Below, one piece after another: positions 11,896 to 64,000 of a stretch of DNA of 64,000 nucleotides. This stretch comes from Prorocentrum cordatum (taxonomy: Eukaryota). Under the pieces are notes generated by a model. It worked only from the letters and a program-made list of their open reading frames with translations. It had not been told where the DNA came from and did not search any database. The number at the start of each line of letters is the position of its first letter. Position 1 is the first letter of the stretch. The stretch lies in the NCBI GenBank assembly GCA_963575745.1, contig CAUYUJ010000148.1, positions 558,001 to 622,000 of the forward strand, in the 5' to 3' direction. Position numbers and translations under genes: made by a program.

Positions 11896-13105
11896 TCAGC
11901 GGGCGAAGCCGTCCTGGCCGTCCGCCTTCATCTCGGCGCCCGCGTACACGTAGCCCGGCACGGTCGCGTAGACCACCTCGATGGGCGGCTCAACGGCGTC
12001 CGCCTTCCTCCCCAACTTCTCCAGGGCGAGCGCAGTGGACTTCGAGAAGCGCGGGTCGGCCACCTCGTCGTCGAGCAGGTCCATGATCTTGCCGAAGTCC
12101 TTTCGAGCAGGGGCAGACCCTCCCCCACGGAGTGTTCTTAGAACTGTAGAGTGGTTGCAAGCGTGAACCCCAAGCCATGAGCTATTTCAAGGTGGATCGC
12201 AGCCTACGCGGTGCAATCCATGTGGTGCACTCTATGCGGTGCGAGCTACGTGGCACAAGATGTATGGCGAAGGCTATGGGGCGCAAACAACATGGCGTAA
12301 ACGATGTGGTGCAAACTATGTGGTGCAAGGTACGGGATGCAACCCATGTGGTGCGATCTGTGTGGTGAAAGCTACGTGGTGCATGCTATGAGGATGAAGC
12401 CATGTGGCGCAAGCCATGTGGCGCCTACGAGGCGCCCACGGCCGCACACCAGGCGGAACCTCGCCACACCAAGCACGCGCACGTCGCGCCCACGAGGCGT
12501 CCACGGCCGCCCGCCAGCCGAAACCTCGAAACACCAGCCAGCGCACATGGCGCCCACGAGACTGCTCTTCAAACAAAAAGAGGTGTGCGCTTACAACATG
12601 AGACCGAGTGTTTCACACACGTATCACACTGTCAGCCAGGCGTGATCTCAGGCAGGTTCTGATACAATTTGTTCCAGGACGCTTCGTCACTGCACGAGTC
12701 CTCCGTCAACACCTCCGCGCCTGCGATGGACTTCACCACCATGCCGCCCGACACGCCGGCGGAGAACGCCTGGCCCTGAGGGTCCCCAGGGTACCGGGAC
12801 ACCGGGATCACCTCCATGGCCATCGCGCCCTTCATGCCGTTGCCCGGCTGGTAGCGCAGGATGCCGAAGGGGCGCTTCTTGTAGGTGACGGTGGGGCCCG
12901 GGCCACTGGCGGCCGAGGCGTCGAATGCCACATCCGCGTCCTTCGGCCCGCAGCGCTCCAGGTACTCCGCGCTCACGCGCGCGGCCACGCGCTCGCCGCG
13001 CTGGCAGCTGGGCGCGGGCGAGCCCACGAAGCCGGCGCCCCTGCGGCACAAGGCCACCACCGCGGCGGCCAGCACGCACGTGAGGATGGGCCGCTGGGGC
13101 GCCAT
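11896..13105 (-). CDS. Plastid-targeted PDZ-like protein, copy 6; join(complement 12701..13105, 11896..12099)
   Basis: Same exons; 601-nt intron; one T>S change in the mature region (ASGPG). Confidence 0.8.
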
Positions 13106-13399
13106 GGCGGCAGAGCTCGGCGCGGGCTGGGTGGCGGCGGAAGCCTCCGGTCGTTTAGAAAATCCAAAGCCAAAACTGAACAAGGACGAGGGGCGATGAA
13201 AAAAACGAGCGAACAAAAGACTACCGGTGCGGACAGCTGCCCGGGCTTCATCAGACCAGGTGAGTGATGTCGCAGGCTCCAGATATTTGATGCGTGGTGA
13301 ATTATAGACGCGAAACATCAAACATGCTGTAGGGGGTGAAGGAGGAGGGGGGAGGGGGAGAAGGAGGAAGGAGGAAGGAGGAGGAGGAATCCTTGTTGT

Positions 13400-16300
13400 C
13401 GATGTCGTCTTGTGCTGATGGTACCACGTCACTGGGTGGAGTCGGCGTCGGTGAACTGTGGTGGGTTTGGCGTTGCTGCTGGCCCACGGCGTCCGTGGTC
13501 AGAGGTGACGTGTTTGGTTGTTGTTTGTCGCTGTTTGTGGTCGGGTGGTCGGCGTCGTCAATGTTACATGTGACATTTCGTGTCATCATGCAGCACGAAA
13601 ACTCACTCGAGTGATTTCCAAATTGCCGCTTTTGTCGCAACTGTGATCCATATCACGTCAGTGCTGTCACGGTGGAAACATCATCGCGGCCACGTGGCGT
13701 CGTATGCGTCGCGCTGCGTGTTATATTCACCAACATGTCCGTGCACCTTGTGTAGAAACTTCCTCACATCGTGGTCCCACCGCTTGTGCTAACCTGCTAA
13801 CCACTGTGTTATCGGTATCCCTGTTGCTCCGTGTTCGAATTCGGGTTCCAATTAAAAGTTCGCTGTGTCCACCTCCTGGGCGGGTGGGTCGCTACGCGTG
13901 CTGCCCACTGCCAAACCATTTTGCGATGCATCTGTGGAACTCCTGGGATATCGCGCGTGCTCATGAGCTCCTCAGCTTTGCGGGTGCACCAGCGGATGTA
14001 GTCAGACCAGAGCTAGGCGTCGTCTGTCGCCTGAGATGAGTCGATGCTGTCCCCCCTTGCTTGGGGTGGGCATGGTGGGGTCGGCGGGTCGCTGGAGGCG
14101 TCGTGGAGGTCGTCGTTCGTAGGACTCCCCATCGCTGGGGTGGCGGCCGGTGGTGAAGCTTCTGTCGTGCGTCGCCGCCGTGCCGCGATGATCGCCTTGG
14201 CCATCCGTCGTTGTCCGCACAACGATTGGTTGTTTCTACTGTTGTCCATGATTCTGCAGCGAGCATCACTGTCGGAATCACGGCGAGGCGGTAGATGTGC
14301 AATCTGCAGTTGAGTGGGTAGAGCTTGCTCGCACGCCCGTGCAAGACTGGATTCGATGCTGGATCTCGGTCGCCACTGTGTTTTGAAAACCTGGCCGACG
14401 TAGTTCAGATAACCAGCGGGTGGCAGTCTTTCCATGCCCATAATGGGATACATTGACGGTCGCGTTACCCCCCCCGATGTGTTATGTTCTTGTCGGTGTA
14501 TTCCAAGGCCGCGAGGAGCTGCTGCCCTGACTATGCCCCCAAGCAGGGCACTCGATAAGGGCGGGGTCTGACAAACCAGAACGATGTCGGCGAAGCGGAG
14601 TATGGTGGAAACAGATTTGTCCGTGCGCGCTAAGTCTGCTCCTCGTCGTCGTTGCTGCCAATCTGGAATGAGTGGTTCCAGAAGGTGTTGCAGTGGAGCG
14701 CTGCAGAGCAGTGATCTCAAAAGGCCCCCTTGTTTCGTGCATCGTGTGAGCTTGAACGGTTTGGCGGTAGAGTCGGCGCGAACGAAAACCTTCTGGTCGC
14801 GGTAGAACCGCCGGAACAAGCGACGCACTCGGGTGGCGCACCTGGTCGTCGCAGCGCTGACCGAAGAGCGCTGCGTTCGGAGGTTCGCGCGAGAAAGAAC
14901 ACAAGAAATTATCTCGCGCGCCGCGCCCAGGTCTGAATGCCGCTTGGTCGTCGGCCCCGCACGGTTCAATGGTTCGCTGTGTGATTTTGGGAGGACGATT
15001 GAATAGCTGCATAGCATGGGCACAGCGCGGATCGGGCGATGAGTTCGCGGAAAGGATAAATCACCCAACTTCGAAGACTGCGGGCACAGTCTTCCTCGAA
15101 TTTGCCGACGTGGGGGGCCCTCGATTGTAAGACTGCGCCGTTTAACTGCAACAACGCATCTTGAAATTCTGGGCGCGGGTGCTTGATCAATTCTGCTGCC
15201 ACCCCTTCGGCGCCAGGTGACTACCCCAACTTGAGTTGTGAGATTGCCGCGTCGACTTCCTGCGCCATGCAAAGGCGCGATGTGCTGCTGGGCCCCGGGC
15301 GTCGCTCGCGTCTGGCGCTGCCCGGTCGGCGCCGGTGAAATTTTGACACTCCTCGCAGAACGCCGCGAAAACATCGACAATGCCCGGGCGAATCGCTTTT
15401 TTGGCGCCGTCGTCACCAACCCCTTCTGCAATGAGCGTTCGCCCCCTTCTCGTCCGAATGGGGCCGATGCGCCTGAAGTCTCTGGACTGCCCAAAGATGG
15501 CGTTCACCTGCTGTCGTCGGTGCGCGTCCACTGTCGCATGCGTTGGTTGGCTGATCGTCCGTCGGCTGCTCGCGTCTGACTGGGACGCACTTGTGCTGCC
15601 CCACTGGGTTGGCGACGATTTCGGGGACACTGTCGGGGTTGTCGTCGTTGCTCGCGATTAATGCTGCAGTGGCTTGCGTTTCCCTGGAGATGCGCTGTGC
15701 GCCGCGGCGCTTTTCAAATTAATTTCGATTATTCGGTTGAAATCGTCGGGCCCAGCCGGCAATGGCTGGCGCCGCAAATTGGAGCCCTGATGGCGCCATT
15801 GTTCCCGGTCGTCGGCATGTCTGGTCGGTCGCCGGCGTCGGTCTGTGCTGGGGCCCAACATTTTGAAGCACATGTGCAAAGATGCCGCCTTGTGGTCTGA
15901 ATGGTGATCAAGAGCGTTGCTGGTCTCGACGTTCTAGTATTCGAATGTGGGATCGACTGCAAAATTGACGCGCGCCAACAGTGACTTCTCTCGTCGATGT
16001 AACGGAAAACGCATGAAATGACACGCGGGCATTCTGCGATGTGTTCGCACATGCGGCGAGAAAGCCAGCGTTGGGAAAGTCGCGAGCACTCAACGTTTTC
16101 TTATGTACACCCGACGAAAGAATCAAGTTTGGGGCAAGTCAATTATGTAGTCGATCTCCTATTCGAAGCATGAGGGTAGCAAACGCATGCCCGCGAGAAC
16201 GTAGTCGCACTGTTGCGGTTCGTCGCCCGTCGCTGCGAAAGAAAGCAATCGAGTTGTCCGGGGGCTCGCGGGAAAACGCGCTCACGATTGCAAGCCGCTC

Positions 16301-17450
16301 GTTTGCAAATGCAGCCTGACGTCGCGCCCATTGGCCTCGGAACTCCCCGTCGCCGAACCCGCGGGGCCCCGCGCAGTGAGAACGCGTCGTCTTGGGGTCG
16401 CGCAAATTCGGCGCGGTCGCTCGGAGGCGCGCGGTGAGAGCGCGGTTGGAAGTCCAATTTGGGCATTGAAGGCGGCGGCCAAAATTCTGCGCGCGAGTCG
16501 GGGGCGTGCTTCTGTGAACAGAACACTGTCAGTGTCATGCGACGGCTGAGCGTGGCCCGCATGCCCCGCATGCGGTTCGCACCCCAGTGCCGAGCGCAAT
16601 ATACGCCGCCCCCCCCCAAAGTACTGAGCACCGAGATTCTCGCGCTGATTGCCTGGAACTGCGACGCGCACTTGCCCCGGCGCTTGCGCGGGAAAATCGA
16701 CGTCGCGGCAGCGGATCTCGTTGCCAGACCCACTAGAAGCGCCGCCGCGCTGCAATGCGTCACTTTCGTTGCGCCGCCCGCCAAGTTCGATCGACCATGA
16801 CGACGCCCCACTGCGAACCACGCAAAGCATGCAGATGTTCATCAAGCGGGCGGTTCGCCCCCAAGGACCAAGCGCTGTTGCGCACGCGTGACTGCCCCAT
16901 CCTGCCTCTCGATGCGTCGGACAGGGTTGGGTCTGAGGGGCAGGGGGGGGAGGGGGCGAGGGGGGAAGGAGGGGGCGGGCAGGGGGGCGGAGATGGGGGG
17001 CGGGGGAGCGGTGAGAGGCAAGCTGGGTGTGTAAGCGTCTTATCCGACGTCGCCCGCGCCGAGCGTCTGGCACAGCGCGGCACAGGCCCCCGAGCTTCCG
17101 CCGAACGTCCTGCGTCTCCTGTTTCGTCAACTCGTCGCCGCGCGGGCCCCGAGTCATGTCGACGCGGAGGCGCCCTACCTTGATCTGCGTCAAAGCGACG
17201 AATTTGTCGGTCGCAATCTCGGCGAAGCAGGCGACCCCAGCGCAGAAATCAACGCCTGCACTTTAGCGCCGCGCGAAGTCCGCGGAACCCAGCATCAGCG
17301 CGCAGCGGTTGCCTTCGTGTCCAGCGCGCGCCCGTCCACGGCGCCCAATCGTCCATCTGCTGGGAGGGGCAGGGTCGCTCCGCTCGACCACTTCTCCGCC
17401 GCGCCGTCAGCATAGCGGATGCGTGGCCGATCTGTCGCGTCGACCGCCGC
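13400..17450 (-). mobile_element. Decayed non-LTR retrotransposon (APE endonuclease + RT, RTE-like), multiple frameshifts and stops; ends approximate
   Basis: Motif relics occur in the expected order across frames. APE: WGVVMVDRTWR (~ETWR) and AAFNAQIG (~GDFNA). RT: DQAAFRPGRG, RCTKQGGLLRSLL (~RGxKQGDPLS) and LRFADIVLV (~FADD). C-terminal: VIPTVMLAAESWT and VWQWAARVA..RRWT..NWNP. Confidence 0.85.
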
Positions 17451-17499
17451 GCTGCCAGCGCCGGCGCCAGCGGCCCTCGGCTTCTCGCCACTCTTCTCC

Positions 17500-19170
17500 A
17501 CAACCTAGATGGACCCGAAGGTCTCCGTCGCGCTGCAATTCAGCACCGCGCGCCAACCCGTCACGTCCTCAACGACGGCTAACGCGCGCTCGACGTTGCC
17601 GGCCATCGCCTCGCGCTTCTCCGCCACGAAGGACGCGAAGGCCAGCTCCTCGCACTCGTTGTCACCTCCTCGCACTCGCAATCGGCCGCCTCGCCCCCCT
17701 CGGCCAGCTCGATCTCGCAGTCGGGGGCGTCGCCCCACGCGCCGCAGTTGGACGCCATTGGGCCGACCTGCTGGATATTGCCCTTGCGCGATCCGCCTGG
17801 ACCCCCCCCTGTTCTTCGGGCGCGGCGCACGCCTGCGGGGGCAGCCGCAGATGAAGCACGGCCCCGAACCAACGTCTCCTGCAAATCCACCGGCGCCTGT
17901 TCAACTGGTCTTTCCGTTCGGATGAAATACCCGACTTGCCTTGGCATGCTTGACGACTGCCCGCGCCTGCGCCAACGTTCGCTTCTGAAGCCAGACGTCC
18001 GTCTTCGCGTCGGCGACGGCTGCCAAAATCTCCGCAGCCACGGAACGCCCGTCACCCCCCAGGCCCTCGACGTCGACCTCGTCGTCATCCTTGTCTGCCC
18101 CGTCGCCCAGGCATGCCTCGGCGTTGTCTTTCTCGGCGACATCGTCGTCGCACACGTGTCGCTGCCCGTCGCCTTCGTCGGACATGCCGAGTGCACGTGC
18201 GCGTCTGGGCTCGTGAAGGAACATGTCGCGCATCTTGGCGTTGGCGCCAGGGCCCTGCAGGTCGACGACGGCGCGCTGGTCGCGCAATGTCCCCCTCTCT
18301 TCAGGTTCAGCGAGCTCTAGGACAACGACAGGACGCCATCGCACTCTTGAGCATGCATCCCTACCCGCTGCAATAGCAACCATCCTGCCATGACCGACGG
18401 GGCGAAGGTCTCTCTTGTTTCGGTCGCGACCTCCTTCAAAATCTTGATATCGACGTCGTCCTCGTCGAGCTCGTGTCTTGCCATGAGCGAGCATTGAGCC
18501 TCCGCGGCCTTCACCTTCGCATCTCGCGAGCTGCCAACTGCCGCGCCACCATCTCCCAGTCCGCACGCCGCTTCTCGATCCTCCCCTTCTAGTAATGTGT
18601 TGTCTTCAGTTTCGGCTTACTCGTGTTCGCCCTCTGGAAGGACCGGGTGCCCCCCTGCCACCTCAACCTTCTCGACTGGCCGAATGTTTTTCTCGAGCTT
18701 GATCGTCGCCGTTTGGGCATTTTTCCTCCACGCGCCGGAAGCTCTGGTCCAGCTTGTCCGCGGCGATGCCGCTCCTCGGGGCGTCGGCCTTCAAGCCCTC
18801 GTTGTTTTTCCGACGCAACGTGAAAACGTACTCCTGTACATATTTGGTTACCTCGGGGATGGGTTCGTCCATCAGCGCTTCGTTAAGGAACTCCAGTTCG
18901 ATCTCTCGATCACCAAACTGCTCCAGGATCTCTCGCCCCTCCCTTGGTGGTTCCTCCAGCGCCTCCTACGCTTATCCATCAGTGCCGCCGCCAGCCTCGC
19001 CAAGGCAACTGCCGTGCACGATGGTTGAGGCCAACCACGCACCTCTCGATTATCTCTTTCTCTCTCCCTCTTTCTCTCTCTCTCTCTCTCTCTCGGTACG
19101 CCTGGAAGCGAACTCCGCCCCCGTCCCAAGTAGGAACCTGGTTGTTTTCATTATCTCTTGAGTCCGTCAT
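17500..19170 (-). mobile_element. Decayed LTR-retrotransposon (Ty1/Copia-like) gag relic
   Basis: Fragments in order: VPTWDG..FQAY; IPEVTKYVQEYVFTLRRKNNE; GWLLLQRVG; LRDQ; acidic stretch; AKASRVF; degenerate zinc knuckle NIQQVGPMASNC. Interrupted by (TC)n near 19050-19093. Family assignment is by motif recollection only. Confidence 0.55.
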
Positions 19171-19932
19171 GGTGCCAGCTGTGCTGCTCGGAGCCAACTG
19201 GTTCCGCCACCAATTCGAGCTCACCGGTCGCGATGACAGGTCCCGGTGTCGGCGTCAGCCTCGGAAAGAGAACGTCCGCTCCCAAGTCCGAAAACTTTTG
19301 TATCTCAGCACGAACGTGGTGGCATGCGTTATTTTGATATGTGTGCGTTTGTCTGTTGCGAGCCCTCTGGAACCCGCAAAGTATTGATACGACAGCCTTA
19401 AGGCGGCTCAAAAGGCCCCTCGTGAACACAAACGGCAGCGGAGCAGCAGGTATTGCCACACGTGCACAAGTAAATTTACAGGGGTTGGCCCGGTTAGCGA
19501 AGGTGACACACAAAAAAAATGTCACTGGCCCGTCGGGGCGTTGACCCAAAGAGCTCAAACTAAGGAACGAGGCCCCTTGTTCCCATGACTACAACTTCGA
19601 TTTCCCATGGAAGACCCCAGGAACACACGAGGCAAACTGCAAAACCATCACGGAACACCGAACCCCTCCCCAAGGAAAAGGTTTCCTTCTTCAGCGCCCC
19701 GACTGTATGCCTGGGGGTACACCACGTTGGCGATGTGGAAAGTGATGGTGCTGTCGGGCGCCTTCTGACCCTTGACGCCCGTGCCTTGGACATCGCGAGG
19801 CCCAGGTTGTAGCGTTGCGAGGACGACGCTTTGACCGCAGCCTTGATCGCGTGCACTTCGGCGCCCATCGGGTGGCTTACTGTCTGCCCAATTGGTTTCG
19901 GTATGTATGCCCTGCTGGAGAAATTGACGATC

Positions 19933-20093
19933 CACCTCCTCCTCCTCCTCCTCCTCCTCCTCCCCCTCCTCCTCCTCCTCCTCCTCCTCCTCCTCCTCCT
20001 CTTCATCATCAGCATCATCATCATCATCATCATCATCAACATCATCATCATCATCAGCATCATCATGATCATCATCATCATCATCATCATCAG

Positions 20094-20146
<53 letters not shown>

Positions 20147-20162
20147 GCATCATCATCATCAT
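19933..20162. repeat. Compound microsatellite (CCT)n-(CAT)n
   Basis: Directly visible. Confidence 0.95.
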
Positions 20163-20348
20163 CTACCACCACCCGGCCGACGTGCTCCCCGCAACGCCCG
20201 CGCCGCGTCTCGTGGAGCCCGCGGCGCGAGGGTTGCGGCGGGACGCGGGCCGAAGGCGCCGGCAGGCACACGGGCCAGCTCCTTTGGCCCTGGCTTCTGG
20301 GGCTGGCCCAGGCATCGTCTACAGTCTGGCCGCTGACCAGGAGCGATT

Positions 20349-20520
20349 AATAAGGAACAAGGATCCTTTTTTCCAAATACATCCATGAAAGAACGAGGAA
20401 TAAGGAACAATGAGAATCTCCGAAGGAACACCGAGTGGGCTCGCCACCCAAAAAAGGACGAAACGCAGCGCAAAACTAAGGAACCACGGAGCCCTTTTTG
20501 AAAAGTGAGCGTTCCTTATT
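20349..20520. mobile_element. Small MITE-like element (~170 bp)
   Basis: Perfect 10-bp terminal inverted repeat AATAAGGAAC / GTTCCTTATT with internal TAAGGAAC copies; no clear TSD. Confidence 0.45.
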
Positions 20521-21192
20521 CAGCGGCCCGACTGTACGAGCATCTGTTCCCAAACCGTTTCCGAAGCATTCCTCTCGAACATCTGAGTTGCACCTCGGTC
20601 GGAAGAAGCAGGGGAAAACATGGAGTAGGACATCGGAGAAAGTAGACTTGGCTCAGGCACCTCAAAATACAACAGAAGCATATCGATTCTCGAAGTGGGA
20701 GGGCGCTGAAAGTAGATTGAGATCTGGAAATCCAAAAATACCTACCACTTTCAACGACTGGCGTGTACCCCTGAACCGAGCGGCCGTAGACAGGGCCCTT
20801 GGGGGCCTCGTAGTTCGCGAGCGGATGGTCTCGAACCGTCGCTTAACAGCTTGCGAACATTCGAATGCGAACATGAGTTTTCATCCGTCGGGCGTTGGCA
20901 GAGCTGGGCTTCAGTGGGACATGGTTTAGTGATGTGTACTGGGGGAGGCCCCCCCCCCCGCCCCGTTCCACTAACCTGAACTGCCGTCACCCAAAAAAAA
21001 CACTAGGTACGGCAGACCTGGTTTAGTGATTCTGGCCAATGTCGGGGCTGCGAGGCCCTACCACTAACCAGGTCCCCTTACCTGGGGTCCTGGCTGTACC
21101 CGAAACCGTCGGAACACATCATAGACAACGTCTGGCTTTCTCTCTGCGTGCACGAGCACTGCCAGCACCGCGCTGCCTGCAAGCGTCCCAGC

Positions 21193-63151
<41,959 letters not shown>

Positions 63152-63215
63152 CTCGGCTGCTGGGGGGGTGGGGGGCAGCCCTGATCGGCGAGCTTACTCC
63201 GCGCAGCGCTGGGGA

Positions 63216-63226
63216 CTTGAGCCCTG
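63216..63226 (-). promoter_or_regulatory. Putative trans-splice acceptor followed by a relict dinoflagellate spliced leader (CAG|GGCTCAAG)
   Basis: The minus strand reads CGCGCAG GGCTCAAG about 70 nt upstream of the RPL35 ATG. GGCTCAAG is the 3' end of DinoSL (DCCGTAGCCATTTTGGCTCAAG). Confidence 0.65.
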
Positions 63227-64000
63227 CGCGGTGCCGTAGTTGACGCCGCCGCCGCCGTCGCCGCTATCGTGGTCACCTGTATGGTCCTCATGTTTCGTGC
63301 TCCATGTCTTCCTCCTCCTTCTCCTCTTCCACCTCCGCCTCCGCCACCTCTGCCTCCGCACCCTCCCTCCCTCCCTCCCTCTTCCTTCGTTTCATCCACT
63401 TCTGCCTCCTTCATCGTCCTCCTCCTTCTCCGCCAGCTCCGCCTCCACATCCTCCTCTCATACTGCTAGGCTTCTTAAGCCACAACCCCTCTTCCGTACC
63501 TCCTCTGTCGCTTGGCCCGGCGTTCCGCTTGAGACTTCGTTGCCACTTACCATCCTGAAACTAACAACTCGAACACCTATACGGATGGTAGGCTTGTCAC
63601 TTTCAAAATAAGGTTCACGCCTTGAGCGCCGCGTGCATTCGCACAATGAGTTTGCAGCAGTTATAACGATGATGGGTCAGTCGATTTCAAACTGCGGCTA
63701 TCACCTTAGCGCCACGCACGCTCGTCTTTATCAACATGTGTACACATGCAAGGATGCAAATCCGTCCGTGTTCAAAATGGGGCTTCCGCCGGAGAATTCC
63801 TCAAACGGTGTTACCACGTGTAACACTGCGTATCAATTACACGGATGGAGGGCGCCTCCTTTTCAAAACAATGCTCTCGCTGGAGACTCTCGATGGTTTT
63901 TATAACGAGACGATCGAACTGTGCTCCCGTTACACGGATGGATGGAGGTTCCTTTTCGAAGCGGGCGTGTCGCTTGGCACTTCCTTGACCTTTACCCTCC

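Noticed and set aside
19196..19213. Primer-binding site (TGGTGGCGG) upstream of the gag relic
   Set aside because: Not preceded by a CA LTR end, and no paired LTR found.
20670..20860. Possible Copia RT N-terminal fragment on the plus strand
   Set aside because: Only a vague resemblance across frameshifts; too weak to call without a search.

Overview
This is GC-rich, repeat-dense eukaryotic nuclear DNA with dinoflagellate hallmarks: GC/GA splice donors, a relict spliced leader, a tandem gene array, an FVxP-type plastid presequence and co-oriented genes. The taxon is inferred from these features only. Two real gene loci are present, both on the minus strand, and neither appears intact in the ORF track. 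(1) At ~0.94-13.2 kb are six tandem copies of a two-exon gene with a GA-AG intron, encoding a 202-aa plastid-targeted protein with a PDZ-like core. Two inter-copy spacers carry a ~0.95 kb non-autonomous insertion next to the putative trans-splice acceptor. (2) A complete 60S ribosomal protein L35 (uL29) gene has its 372-nt CDS split into 11 micro-exons of 12-60 nt spread over 42 kb (63151 to 21193). It has a spliced-leader relic and a possible mini-intron in the 5' UTR. Between the loci lie a decayed RTE-like LINE and a Copia-like gag relic. The RPL35 introns hold microsatellites, satellites, fold-back MITEs, an RT-less LINE derivative with an extra 3' coding region, and a ~4 kb unclassified decayed coding element. 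Most ORFs in the supplied track are spurious readings of repeats or antisense frames.
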